From contig CM060732.1 of NCBI GenBank assembly GCA_030704615.1, positions 48,732,001 to 48,796,000 of the forward strand: a stretch of DNA of 64,000 nucleotides. The letters run 5' to 3'. The translations under genes were made by a program, and so were the position numbers. Every line of letters begins with the position of its first letter. Position 1 is the stretch's first letter. The notes below the pieces were generated by a model. The model did not search any database. It worked only from the letters and a program-made list of their open reading frames with translations, and was not told the origin of the DNA. The DNA is from Takakia lepidozioides (taxonomy: Eukaryota > Plantae > Bryophyta). Of this stretch, positions 37,101-50,700 are shown piece after piece.

Positions 37101-37760
37101 CAAATATCAGGGGCGAGATAGCATTGCTGGACCTTGAAACAGCATTGGCAACCACGCTTGTAAGACTCTCCATACTCCGACTTCTTTCTCCTTAGGCCTT
37201 TATGAGGGAAGATGTTCCAGCACACCACAAGAGTCCTCCACGCTTCTGTTTGGGATCCTCCACTATTGCCTTGTTGGTGCGTTTGTTATCAGGACCGTAG
37301 CAGCATTGATACCTGGACAAAAAATTCAAAAATCGATATCCAACGACTTGAGGAAGCATAAAATCAGAGAACTCGTGAAACAAAAAATGACAACAGACAT
37401 GCAATGAAACGTCAAAAGGAGTGAGGATGGTGCACACATAATACTGGACAGAAATGTGTTGGCTCTGGGTGCTTTTCGCGAGCCGGGTTCCACTTTAGAA
37501 TGGATATTCACCCAAAACTGAGTGGGGTAGTCCTCCAAACTCTCCTCTCCCAGGACAAAGTCACCAACTCTATCCCAAGGTATGCAGGCCTTTTCAACAT
37601 TCACTCGCACACCCATAAACCCATATTGCGTCTCACTCTTCCAATGGAGATCCTTCCTATTGAAGGGTCTTGGTTTTGCTGTTTGCAAACATTGTCGAAG
37701 AGGTCGTATAAGCGGGCTTTCCGTGATCAGTATATCATCGGGTTTTGCTTCCACGTCCAT
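34200..37760 (-). pseudogene. MULE transposase with SWIM zinc finger, disrupted; exons ~37760-37438, 37312-36578, 36340-36141, ~35447-35020, ~34915-34200
   Basis: IPWDRVGDFVLGEE, YQCCYGPD, KRGCQCCFKV, FTIGIQTPWQ, CDATFGTN, LYTLMVFDEWLNGIPVAY, FIVDDAEVEINAIR, LWHVRKA, CTCQW...CKHQ (SWIM). In-frame TGA at 36952 and 36649, frameshift ~37225. Confidence 0.88.
35490..36135. repeat. GGACT(T)GCC/GGCA minisatellite in the transposase intron
   Basis: Dozens of 11-13 nt units (GCGGACTTGCCA, GGACTGCCGAGT) with higher-order blocks (35629-35707 ~ 35751-35829). Confidence 0.9.
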
Positions 37761-39525
37761 GCCCTATACAGTACAAAAGACACACTTTTGAACATGCAAG
37801 AAACGCGCCGCAGTACCCAAGACACGATCGTCAACGTGCTAGGAGAACAGTGCGCACGTTCGCGGCTGCTGGCAAGTGGCAGGCGGCAGGGATAAAAGTT
37901 TGAATTGCAGCCCTAAAAATGGAGGGCTCGGTTGGGTTATGGGAATGGACGGTGGAGATCCTGCGCCGTCAGCGGACTGGCAGACTAGAGGGCAGCGGGC
38001 TCATGGGCGGGGGACTGGCCGCGCGGTGGATGGGGGCGCGGGCGGGTGGGGGGGAGCCGGGCGTCCGTGCGCGGGGCCCACCGGCCACATTGTGCCCATT
38101 GAAGACCCTATTATCTTAAAATGAGAGGCGAGTTTTAGTATGATGATCTATCCCTGTCTAATAGATTGGAAATATGGATGCACTTGCATTTGATCCGCTT
38201 TATGAGATTTATGTAGGGGGATGAGAGCTCACACACAGGCCCCATAGATTGCAGCCCTTTGAATGCAAGCGGGATGATGGTCTTTCACGGTGAACGGAAT
38301 GGGTGAACTACATGTACCCACTGTTTGTTTTGGCAGGACTGATTTTCAGATTGCTCCGATTTGAAGGGTAAAATTCGTTTTGCCCTTGAATCTCCTTCTT
38401 ATTCAGAGTTAGGCGAGTAAAATTTGTACTCTATAAGAATTTGTGTGAGAAGATCAATGGCCTCCGGCTCCTGTGCAGTGTAGCCTACCGTCAGTTTGCT
38501 GAGGTCGAGGACTCGTTTCCTCCTTATCAGGTTGACCGTTTACTTGATGACTGCATTTGATCGGATTCCAATAATAGCAAGATGCTTTGATTCATATCTC
38601 CACCCGAGAGTCCTGATGTACCGTGTACACTCAGTATTGCACTCATCAGTGTGGAGAAAAATGGAAGAGGTAGGTGGTAAAGTTCTCGTCATGAGCCTGA
38701 CATCAGAAAAGAGCAGAAAAGAGTAGAAAAGATTAAGTGGTACATTGTTGAGTTCGAAGTTGCTACACAAGTTCGCAGAATCGCAGACCTAGCTAAATGT
38801 TTGTCTGCAAATTCTCCACAGCTTTACAAGACACAGACAAAGCTGCGAGCTCCTGACAAAAGCTTGGTTCCGTATTCGGCATGTGCACAACGACAATGGC
38901 CAAGACTGACAGACATTAACATCATGATACATACTTCATTGTACCAAACGAAGAATTATGGAGTCTTGAATGCAAGGGAGTTTATTGGGTGGCAAGCCTT
39001 GATGTCCAGCCATATGACTCCCGTTTAAATTTCAAACGGATCATGAACTTGTGGAGCTCAAGAGTTGCAGAAGTATCATCAGGGAAGAATAGAAGAAAAG
39101 TAGGGACCAAGAACGTGGGCTTGTGAGGACGTCAGTCAACCCTGGTTAGATGTTAGGCCTGAGGACTAGAAAAAAAGCAGAGCAATTATTAGGATTAGAA
39201 TAACATGTACTATTGTTATTATTATTAGCTTAGGATCCTTTAAGTTCAAAGACAGAAGAATTGCTTCATTTTAGGGATTGAAGTGTGAGATTCCAGATTT
39301 GAAAAAATAAAATAAACAATAAAATCTCATTATCTATTGATCAATACACCATTCCTTTATCCAATGAATATTGTTTTGAATTTTTGGTCCGATTGGGGGT
39401 GCTTGTTAGGGTTGTTAGTTGTTACTTCATAAAATACTCATGTCATGTCCGACCACTTTAGATGCAACCGGATTGTCTTTCTTGTGGTAGTCATGGAGTC
39501 TAGAGGAGGAAGGATAAACTCCCAT

Positions 39526-39778
39526 AGCATAAACTCCCATACGTAATTCTGTTCCTTCTTTAGGAACGGCCTTCTCTAAGTTCCTGGCGCAAAATGCGAT
39601 TGCGCATGGAAGCATAAACTCCCATACGTAATTCTGTTCCTTCTTTAGGAACGGCCTTCTCTAAGTTCCTGGCGCAAAATGCGATTGCGCATGGAAGCAT
39701 AAACTCCCATACGTAATTCTGTTCCTTCTTTAGGAACGGCCTTCTCTAAGTTCCTGGCGCAAAATGCGATTGCGCATG
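39526..39778. repeat. Perfect 85-bp tandem triplication
   Basis: AGCATAAACTCCCATACG...GATTGCGCATG starts at 39526, 39611 and 39696. The copies appear identical. Confidence 0.95.
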
Positions 39779-39915
39779 TCGGCCATGCCAACCCGCATTT
39801 TGTGCCGTGTCCGGCAGCCCTGCGATAAGAGAGAGAGAAGACTCCGGCCGATGCCAGTGTAAACTCAGAGCCACTTTGCCTTTCGGCTACTGCCCCACCT
39901 TTGGGGGGTGGCGAC

Positions 39916-40255
39916 CAGTGCTGGGCGGTTTATTTGATTTCTTTCATAACCTCTGGTTCCAGTTTTCACAAATCTTAGGATCAAAGAACCTACAGTTCCA
40001 GTTTTTTCAGATTTTTTTTATGGAAAGAACCACTATTGTAAGAACTTCAAAGAACCTGCAGTTTTCATCAAGTAACCAGGGGGTCTTTGACGCATCTTTG
40101 ACGGTTTTCAGGCTGGTTATCTCAAAACTACGTAACCGGCGGTTATGAGCCTTTGTCGGTTCTTTGTTTTTTTGAGCACCACGGTTATATATCCATATAA
40201 CCTTCTTGATAACCTCCGGGGGTTTGTAGCTGAATCAAAGAACTTCCCAACATTG
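39916..40255. mobile_element. hAT-type MITE (340 bp)
   Basis: Imperfect TIRs CAGTGCTGGGCGGTT / AACTTCCCAACATTG, 8-bp TSD GTGGCGAC (39908-39915) / GTGGCAAC (40256-40263), internal AACC/GGTT subterminal motifs. Confidence 0.75.
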
Positions 40256-41477
40256 GTGGCAACAACAGGTTACACAGCCTGTAGCAGGGTGGCGGAAAAA
40301 TGTGCTTCAAGGAAGTCCAACGATGTGTCAAACAGGAGCGGAAGCTCACAACGTGCCCTGGTATGTGTCTAGCTTGCAACAATCTTGATTTCCGTAGTTC
40401 AAGAAACCGGTCTTGTTTGATTGACGCTTGGTGGCGGTTGCAAATTTGAGACAAACTAGTATGAAGTATCAACCCAGAGGTGCCTCAAATTTGACACATT
40501 GACCTCAAATTCAAGCTCAAAATAACTTAAACATATTCATGAGCATCTTGAGGGACAGTTGTATCTGTACTTCAAAAAACAAAGAAATAATAGGGAAAAG
40601 CTAAGGACAACTTCAAGCTAAGTTTAGTATATGCAAAGTTGTCAACTTGAAATTTAACACTTATCAAAGGTTCATTTAGTGAAGAATTTTCTTGACACAA
40701 CATTTACCTGTTGGAGTGAGAAGGAGGGAGGTAAGTGGTGCATGGGTGGAGTTTTGAAATGTAGAGACCACGTAGGCGGCCATAATGAGCGAGCTCTGCG
40801 AGGCCATAATGGCGCTTGACTCTTTTCATGTTTCGGTAGCTGTGCTCCATCTGGCTCGCATCAACTCAGCCTTCTTGCCGCTGCCTGCACATCTTGGTCC
40901 CCTATGATTGCCAGGCTTCAATTGTCTGTTGCAGGACTACTTTTTCGGTGCGAAAGCTGCTCCCGTTGTGTCGGACGAGCTTACTGCAGTTTCGTGATAT
41001 GCCCACTCTATCCCCTACCTTCTCGTTGTCGCTGGATCTGGGTTACCTCGGGGTTCAACTCAGCTTGCGGTGTAGCTCGAGTAGGATGTTGTCTCCTTCA
41101 AGAGATCAGGGATTTCTCTTAGGGAGTTTACATGGAAACGAGGCGTGAGTGGATGCAGAGGTTGCACTGATATATCAGGGAGCAGGTCTGGAGGCTGGCT
41201 ATTTTGGTCCTGCAAGTTCCCATATCCTAATAAAGATTTTTTTTCAGGACGGACTGGATAAGTGGTGTTGACGTTGGTTCTGAGACGAGTGGGTTGCTTC
41301 AAAGTTTACACGAAGTCCAAGGGATTGGAAGCTCTCGAAAGGGAAGCACAACCAAATTGTCCTCGGAGCGTGCTGTGCTGTAGTTTCGTGTACTATATTG
41401 TTACGCTGAGCGCCCACCCCTCTGCTTCAGGTTCCTACTTTCATCCACTGTTTTTCAAAGGCGAAGTTGTGGAAACC

Positions 41478-44400
41478 ATGGCGGTGGACACTCAGGAGAG
41501 CATGTTAGAAAGGGGCTACAATGCAAGAGCACCAAGTTCGGCGCTGGGTAGCATGAGCCCATTGAGCGAGGCACTGTGGAGAGACTCTGCCAATGGCGGA
41601 AAAATAAATGATGCATCTGCCAGGCTCGCTTGGATTGACCTCTCGGTCACGGTTGCTGGAAAAGGCTCACAGCAAACCATCCTGCACGGCTTAACAGGTG
41701 CAGCTCTCGTTTTCGCATGTGTTATTAGATTTGCATGTACTTGGTAGTCACCGCCGCACGGAACTGATGACGGACAGTTGTATCCATGTAACTTAGTGCG
41801 TGGTGGGACTTACAGGCTATGCCGAGCAAGGCTCAATCATGGCCATCATGGGGCCTTCAGGCTCGGGAAAATCCACTCTGCTTGATGCTCTCGCAGGTAT
41901 GGTTGCTGCACGAGGTAGAGTAGTGGGTCCTGCAAGTTGGTCGTGGTGTGGTTTAGTGGGTCAGCGGATCACTTGGAAAGTTTAAATCATGTCTGGTTCT
42001 CTAGCGGACGCAGCTTAGACTGTCCTCTAGCACCTGAATGAGCTCATGTTTCATTTTAATGACAAGCTTAAATAGTTTTTTCTCCAAGCCTTCTTCTCGC
42101 GCGTGATACGAGCAAAACCTCATGGATGTGCCTTTGTTTAGCAGAGGAATACCAAATTATTTGGATACTGCACCTTTTTTTCTATTCAATATCCAATTCA
42201 GATTGTAATTGAGTTGAAAAATCGTCGGTTGCTATGTTGTTTGAACAGGAAGATTGGCTAAGAATACCTCACAGACAGGGCGAATTTATCTCAATGGACA
42301 CCAAAAAACAACTCTTTCTTATGGAACTGCGGTATGTTCTGGACCAGAGAGAGAGAGAGAGAATGTACTCCCAATACTCGAGAGAGAGAGTCTGTTTGAG
42401 GTGGTTTCCACACCTGGCTTGCTGAGTTCGATTTCTCTTCATGCTCTGAGCTTCAGGGCCGAACTGTTAAGTAGGGTTTTTCACCTTGAAGTAAGCAACA
42501 GCAAGATCCACCCGCCGAAAACTTTCTTTCCCTATCTTTTGCTGTGTGACTGACTTCAAAGAGTACTCTGGTTGATTTCTGTGTTGACAGGCATATGTGA
42601 CTCAAACAGATGACCTCATAGGTACATTGACTGTAAAAGAAACGGTTTACTATTCAGCAAGTTTGCGCCTGCCTGACAGGATGCCACGAGCTGAGAGGAA
42701 AGCACTTGTGGAAAGTACATTGCATGAGATGGGACTCCATGAATGTGGAGATACCCCAGTTGGCAACTGGCATCTGCGAGGATTGAGTGGGGGTGAGAAG
42801 CGCCGGCTGAGCATTGCCCTGGAGATTTTGATTCGACCTCGCCTGCTTTTTCTTGATGAGCCAACGAGTGGGTTGGACAGGTTGGTCTCCACAGTCTATT
42901 GGACTGAGGCAGCTTCAGTTACTGGGCAGAAGGAGAAAGAACGTCTGAGTGAGCGTATTGTACATTTGGATTGACGAGGAATTGTAATGTTACTCCCTGA
43001 ATTGCTTAGGTGAATCTTTTCAGATGTCCACATTTCAAGTTGTGTTGTCTGCTGATTTCCTTCTTAGGTTTGATTGTTCCAAAACTGTGGTTGCAGTGCT
43101 GCAGCTTTCTTTGTGGTGACAACATTGAGAAACCTAGCCAGAGATGGACGCACCGTCATTGCCTCCATACATCAGCCGAGCAGTGAAGTGTTTGAATTGT
43201 TTGACAATCTATTTCTACTCTCAGGTGGACAAACCATTTACTTTGGGGAGGCTGCAAGTGCTCGTGAGGTAAACAATGGTGAACTTGACTTCAATCTTAC
43301 TGCATGTTATTTTATCGATGATGTACCTTAGTCTGTTCTCGAGTAGTCCATAGGAAACAGCTTGTTTTGGGAGTATTCAAGTTTCTTGCTTGGTTTGCAT
43401 TATGGGTCTACAGAGTGACGATTGCACATGGTACATATAGTGTGGAGAGTGACAGGGTAAAAATTGTTCATTGACATGGGATGCGCCAATGGCTGTGCAG
43501 CATTTTGCAGCAACAGGCTTTCCCTGCCCACCATTACGCAATCCATCAGATCACTATCTACGGGCCATTAATGCTGACTTTGATCAAGTGAAGACGACCC
43601 TCCAAGGCTCTTTCAAGACCAGAGTGAGTAGGCCTTAATTGAACTGGTTGTCAGGAAAGGGATACTCAACATTCGCCATTTGTAAGTGGTGTTATTCTTT
43701 GCATCCTAAGGGATAACGGCTAAATTGACAGTATGAAGTTTTATCCCATGAAACTCTGGGCTACAGTTACTGGCATTGGGCATTGGGATGAGTGAAAACT
43801 TTTGTGTAGACATGCAATTGCACTGACCCATTTGGCAGTGTCCACATCTGTGTTCATGCGAGTACGAGCTGTATTTTCCAAATGTGGCTTGGACAAATGT
43901 TTGTGAAATATGGATATCTGCAATCCGTAGTTGTGAAAGGATTCTAATGTGTGCAATCCAGACATTTTTCATTTCCCAATGCTTCTTATACTTGCAAAAG
44001 AGCTGAAGGAGGTGTACTGTTTCTGGCATGCTATGAGCAGGATGTGCAGACTATCGACCCGCTGGACAAATTAAGCGCCCAACAGGTGGTGAGGATACTT
44101 GTTGATGCGTACCAGAACAGTGACTATGCGATAGCAGCTGCATCTAGGGCTCATGAGCTGTCACAGATTGTACGTGCCATTTCTCTCTGCCCTTTCAGTG
44201 GTCTTTGGCTCATGATTTTTGCTTGCCTGCAATACTGTTGGTATTACTAATTGGCCTGGTGGTTGGTGTGTTGAAAACAGTTTCCAACTCAATAAACCCC
44301 TCATTTGGTGTGGTTGTAGCTTTTGTTAGGAAGCAAGAAATAGTCATGCACTGGAACCTGGCCCTTCATAGAATAGCAAAACTTCATAGCCTGCATCTGT

Positions 44401-46508
44401 GAAACTTGCAAGCTAAATGGATTGACATCTTATCTCCCACACACCAACAGACTTTCTCTTTGTCACTGCCATACTCACCCTCATTCACAGGGTGCTTTCT
44501 TTGTGCTGTTGTGCAGCAAGGGACTGTGCTTGAGTCCAGTGGAAGCCACGCAAGCTTTTTGAAGCAGTCTTTCACACTGACACGGCGCTCCTTTGTGAAC
44601 ATGAGCAGGGACATCGGATACTACTGGCTACGCCTTTTCACCTACATCCTGCTAGCCATTTGCCTGGGTACCATATACTGGAAAGTTGGCCTTCACTATA
44701 GCTCCATCTTGGTGAGATTATTTTCTGATTCTGCAATCTTATTGACACCTCTCTGTTTCCCTCTCCTACACACAGCGAGACCTTGGTCATATACAGCAAA
44801 CAATGAAGGACCTGATAATGAACTTCAATTTTGTCGATCTTGCCAAAGTTGTAGCACATGGAGATAGCGTGGCATAAGATTGGACGCAGGCGTGTAGTAG
44901 CTCTTCCCCACTTCCCAAGAGAGTTTGAAGCTCATCTAGATATTTGGTGGCACCCACAGGGAAGAGCAGGGTGCATGGCATATATTGCTGGATTTTTAAC
45001 ATTCATGTCCATTGGGAGCTTCCCCTCTTTTGCGGAGGACATGAAGGTGCACATTTGATCTGACTCTTCCAATTTCTTTGCTCTATTTGCTCTGTGAGGT
45101 TCCTCCTTCATCCTTGGCACCTCTCTGAGATAGTGTTTTCCACTTGAGCGTTGGGGATTGTTTTAAATCTTCATTTCCCCTGCACCACCATTGCATCCTC
45201 TTTCCATCATGGGATTGGGCTACCGGTGGTGGGGCCATATAAAGGATATTGCAGAATGATATTGTGTCATTGCCATGCAGGTGTTCACCCGAGAGAGACT
45301 AAATGGGCATTATGGAGTGGTTGTGTTTGTGATTGGCAACTCGATCTCATCATTACCTTTCCTCTTCGTCACCTCACTTGTTGCAGGCTCTATTGTCTAC
45401 TTCATGGCCCAGTTACACGCAGGCTTTCCACATTATGCCTACTTCATCCTCTCCCTCTTTGTCCAGGTGGCATGTGTGGAGAGTCTGATGATGGCTGTGG
45501 CCAGTGTGGTTCCCAATTTCCTTATGGGCATCATAGTTGGCTCCGGGATTCAGGTATGTTGCGCTTTATATACTGCAATATTTTCCTTTTCGAAGTAGCT
45601 TCAGCCCTGTTTGTGCTTTTTTCACCATGATTGAGTTCCCCAAGGTGAGCGTTTTTCCTGCTGTGCTAAGGAACCCTTTACTTAGTCACACATCTGGCAG
45701 GCTCCATCTTTCTGCAGACTGATATCATCCAGAAGATGTGGACAGTCTTTCGATACTGTATAACAGACATATGGCCTAGTCTTGCAAAGAATCTCCTTAA
45801 GTCATGAATAGGTTATGCCAAATAAAGTATATGAATACATTCTTGGAGTGAAGAGGATGCAGTTTGGACGAGGTGGTGTTTCAACTGCTCAAGCTGAATT
45901 CACGTGCTTGCGTGTGCAGGGTATATTCATGCTGGTGGCTGGCTTCTTTCGTCTAGTAGATGATTTGCCAAAACCTGTGTGGCGCTACCCTCTCTCTTAC
46001 ATTGCTTTCCACATGTATGCCTTGCAGGTAAGAAACATCCTTCCTCAGTGCTAAGTGATCCATTCTTAAGTTTTGTCAATTGTGTTGGTTCAGGAAAGCT
46101 CGATTTCCCCTCTCAGTTGAAGTGTTTGTAATCTTGCAGGGAATGTTCAAGAACGACTTCCTCGGGCTGACTTTTGATAACTTTGTGCTGAATGGAAAAT
46201 CTATTGGTCCAAAAATCCCTGGATTCTATGTGGTGGAAGAGTTATACGGCATCAAAACCAAGCGGGGGAAGTGGCAAGACCTGTTTATCATGATGGGGAT
46301 GATCTTTGCATACCGATTCCTGTTCTTTGTGTGTATAAAGTTGACAGAGAATTTGGGACCGATGATCCGCTCCTTCATGGCACAGCAACGGACCAAGAAA
46401 AAACTGTCACGCAAACACTCAGAGTTACAGAATGTCATCCGGCCTGTTTTGTCTTCACCTTCCCCCACCCCCTCGCAACCTGTCCTGTTGCATGCAAGCA
46501 AGCAGTGA
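41478..46508 (+). CDS. ABCG11: ABCG half-size transporter, ABCG11/WBC11-like; exons 41478-41697, 41816-41896, 42249-42331, 42591-42880, 43097-43268, 43501-43623, 44041-44169, 44517-44711, 44960-45046, 45281-45553, 45920-46027, 46140-46508
   Basis: SPLSEALW...[10 protein letters not shown]-terminus, Walker [10 protein letters not shown], signature LSGGEKRR, Walker [49 protein letters not shown] order. Orthology to ABCG11 is from recalled similarity. Confidence 0.92.
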
Positions 46509-47763
46509 CAACTATACAATCCTGTAGTGATAGTTTCCTAGACTAAGACAGATGACACCGGTGTGTGCCACATCTATCGATCCCATATGGCTTCCACTTG
46601 GTCTTGTTAGGAACCTTTGTTTTTGTGTCATTCTAAAACCAACAGTTTGGAAACTCTGATTTCATAGCGGAGAGACATGTTCAATAACTGCAGTTGTAGA
46701 GTACCTGTAAGCCCTTCATAGCTGCCGCAGCATCTGGTACACAGCAGATGGGAAGTGTCTCCACACTAATAACTGATACTTGAGCCTTAGAGGTCCTTTG
46801 TGACAGCGTCTCTGCTGGATAGGTATTCCTTGTAAAGAAAATCATGGCCCACATAAGTGGGCTGGGCTGAAAATGGCAGCAAATTACTTACACAGCCACT
46901 ATGTGAGCTGCATCTCATAAATAGATATTTCTGTTCATCTGTTCTTCTCTTGTCGAGCTTTGAGTGCATCTGTTGTTGTATGTGGTTCTTTGTTTTCCAA
47001 CCATGGGGTTTAGGAGAACTGCTCACTGGAAGTTGGCCCGAAAGGAGCCCACTCTGACAATTCAGAACTCATCATACCGTGGAACAATAACCAGTCACGT
47101 CAAGAAGATGTGAGCAGAATGTACTACACATCTGCAGAGATGCAAGGATAGTTCTACTTAGTCATCAAGCTTGTTCTCATTATCTGTAGTTTGTCACATG
47201 CTTTTCCAAAAAGACATTGGGTTATCTGGATTCTCTGATCGTCTGTCCAGTATCCAAGCCAGTAGCAGCGGAGCCATCTTCTACCCCATGTCTTCAAACT
47301 TGCCACCGCACCTTGCCCAGTAATGAATCATACTCGTGAAACTCCAAAAGTGCCAACGGCGCCACAGGACCGCAATAAAAGCGAAGAGCCTTTTGATGCA
47401 CTTCACTAGCAGGATGTGCAAATACAAAGACAACAAGGTCATTGAATGTTTAGGAAGGAGGATATGGTCAACTTGACTTTCAGTTTCACGACTTCTTTGA
47501 GATCTGAGATGGTTTAAGGTGATTGCGCCGATCTCATTCATTACCCAGAGAAGGTATCACAAGCCCACCACTAAGAAACGAGTGAGCTCCGATGTTGTGA
47601 GTTCTTTGGTTTTGTCGGCCACGAAGCGATAAGAGACCCAACAACCTTTGGAAGGATTGGGTAGGTGTGGGGGGGCGTGAGAGAATTGCCCTGGCTGTCT
47701 CTTTTCCCACCTTCGCAGGTACCCTTTTGCTGCTCCAGCTTACTAGCCACTTGTGTGCCTCCA

Positions 47764-50700
47764 ATGGCAACTGGAGGTGTCTCTGCATCGCTTCCCTTCT
47801 CCTGTTCGTCGGCCAACCGGGTTGATGCTATTCCTGCTACAAATTCGTGGCGCAATTCGCAGCGTCAGGTACGTTTCATTCATTCTTTGTGTCACAGCGT
47901 GTCCTTTGAAATTGTGGTCAGGAACTGCACAAACTATTGTCCTCCGCGTGAATAATGCAACCATCAAGGTGACAACCAAACCATTCTTCGATGGTGACGA
48001 TGTTCAGAGATGGAGCGCCACAGAGTAGATGTGCGTGTGAACTAGATTACGGGAGAGTGATGTTGGAAGCCAATTTGTGAAGCTTGCTATTACATTGTAA
48101 AGTCCACGAGGTGATGAAATATCTTCTTGTCTTCTGCATGTTGGGGTGCGAGCACATTGCGGGCCCATTTGTTCCGCTATATCTAATTTAGTCGCATCTA
48201 GCCCTCTCATTTCTGTTTCTCTCTTGGTTACACATTGCTGCTCTCCAGCCAAACTATCAGATTGTCCGTTTATGGTGACGAAGTCTAATTCAATGTGACA
48301 ATCTGGCAGGCTGGGAATGTCTCCATAGTAAAGGTCTCTAAAGGGTGCTCCCAAGTTGCAAGTAGACCGGTCCGTGGTGCTGTGAACATACACACAGATT
48401 CTGAGAGACAAGGTAGTTGTTTTCTGAACCGCCACTTTCGGAAAGTTCCTCACGTGCATTTTCAAATGTTCATCGCGTGCATTTCCTGTGGCGTGCATTT
48501 CTTGGTGTAGTTGTTCTCCTCTTTACTCCTGCTCTGGCTCTCATTCTACCGAGTTTGACCCTGATGTGAGGTTCTGGGTTTTGTCTTCTCAGATGACAGT
48601 ACATGGTCTATGAGATGCGCTAACAAGAGTCGCCGGGAAGTTCTGGCTATACCGGCAGCAAGTATCTGTGTGCACCTCTTGTCAGTAGCCTTTGATACCG
48701 GAGTAGTCACTGCAGCAGAGTTTGCTGACAGTATGTGCTGGCTCTTTCTCTTTATTGAATGCCCAAGCAATGCAATTTGCAATCTTGAATTGCCACACGT
48801 GTGTGGGTGTGAGTGTGTGTGTCTCGGAAAAGATGTACTTTGGTCTGGTTTGGACCAAGCAGAATAGGGTGCGGAGGGGGAGTAAGGTGGATGGGAGGAA
48901 AGCAGAACCATTTCTAAAGGCCGGCTCTGGTAGTGGGGTTTGCCCTTAAATATTGAATTCATTATAGTGTTCCATATTTTCTGAAGAAAGAGGATTGAAT
49001 CATGCCATCAAAATGATACACATAGTCACCTCCAACTTGAGAACTAAGGGAGGTCTACAGTTTCACCATCATGTGTATCGCAACATGTCCCCTATCCTGA
49101 CCATGAGGGCCACAGCTTGAACATGTAGCTTCCCGTCTTTTCCAGTTTGGAGTGAGGAAGAGCTGTCCTTGGAGAGAAACAAAAGGTGGGAGGGGAATGA
49201 TTGTGAATGATTGAAACAAGTTCAGAATGTTACCAGTAGGAATTGTTGAGAATAAGAAACTGATACACAAGACATTTGGATACAGATTAATATGGACTCA
49301 GTATGGTGTGGAGTTTTGACGCTTTGGTGCAGGTGATTAGCATTGCCTTTGAATTAGTAGCCCTTTGCGCTGTGGACCTCACTTTCTAATTGAATAAGCT
49401 TGAATGTTCTGTTCCTATCATAAATTTTTGTTGTCTTGTGACCTCAGTGCCAGCCTTGCGAGGGAAGGACTATGGGAAATCTAAAATGCGGTATCCGGAT
49501 TATGTGTTTACGGAATCTGGCCTGCAATACAAGGTCAGCGGCAGAGAAATGAAGTCATGGAAGATGCTGTAGCTTTGGGTTATCTATTTTGCAGGATACA
49601 ATGCCTCTTGGATCGTTGTCCAATCTTGGTATGGAACTGGAACAGCCTCATGACCTGTTTGCAAGATTGAGCTCTTACTTGCCCACACACACACTGAACT
49701 AGCAAAAGAAGAAAAGAGAGGAAAAATGAGAAAGACATTGTTTGTGGGTTTGTGGGGCATTGGCATGGAAGCTTGCAGTTCTTTGTCTGGTTTTTTCTTC
49801 TTGAGTGTATGGGTTGACTGCTGACATTTGCTTGCAGAGTTTAGAACCTAAGTTGCTTTATGTGTCGGGTTCTGGGCCTGCACACATGCCGTAGGGCCTA
49901 TTCACAAAATAATTCATCTCTTATTCAACCCTGACTAGTTCACATCATACAGGGGACAGAGGTGGACAGTAATAAACAGGGTAATAAGAACTGGATGGAT
50001 CAATGAACTACATCAAAATTTTAACACCTTTCACAGCTGTTAAGTCTGCACAAAGAAATACAAAGGAGTAGCTAACTTTATATAGCCTCTAACTTAAGTT
50101 AGCTGCTGACATGGAGAGTTACCTGCCATGTAAAATAGCTGCGCATATCTGCGGACAGGTCCCCTTTAACCTAGCTGGTATTTCAGCTGCTTGGTTAAAA
50201 TTAGCTGTATGTGTGAACATGCCCTTAGACAGTTATGTGTCCCAGCGACTGTAATTTGATGAGGGTTGCAGTCTCTTGCAGGATTTGAGACAAGGTGCTG
50301 GTCCAGCTCCCAAGGCAGACAGTGCAGTAGTGGTGAGTAGGCCCTTCACTTGACTGGCTTGTTGAAGTCTATGGAAAAGAGGACAGCAGACACAAAATCT
50401 CATATGTTTATTGTTACCCATATTTTGCACCTTCGTTTCCCTCTGTCTTATACTCGCTATGGCTACATGTGCTTGAATCGTGATGATTACAAGGTGATGG
50501 TTTGTGATATTTAGGTCGACTGGGACGGCTACACTATTGGCTACTATGGTCGCATCTTTGAAGCCCGTAACAAAGCAAAAGGTGGTTCCTTTGAGGTATC
50601 ACGTGTTAGATGCAAGCCTTTGTGTGAGTGAGAGAGAATGTACTTATAAGACGTGGTTTGCCATGAGGTAGAGAGAGATAAATGTTTGCAGTTCTTCTTA

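Larger units (their letters stand above)
26804..38108. mobile_element. Large degenerate Mutator-like element (non-TIR, Kaonashi/VANDAL-like architecture)
   Basis: Convergent MULE-SWIM transposase (minus) and Ulp1-like gene (plus), with a shared AGTCY motif throughout. Ends are tentative: GGG...CCC termini flanked by TATTATATAA (26794-26803) and TATTATCTTA (38109-38118), an 8/10 match. Confidence 0.7.

Noticed and set aside
39526-39778. CRISPR-like array
   Set aside because: Head-to-tail identical units with no spacers, no cas genes, eukaryotic context.
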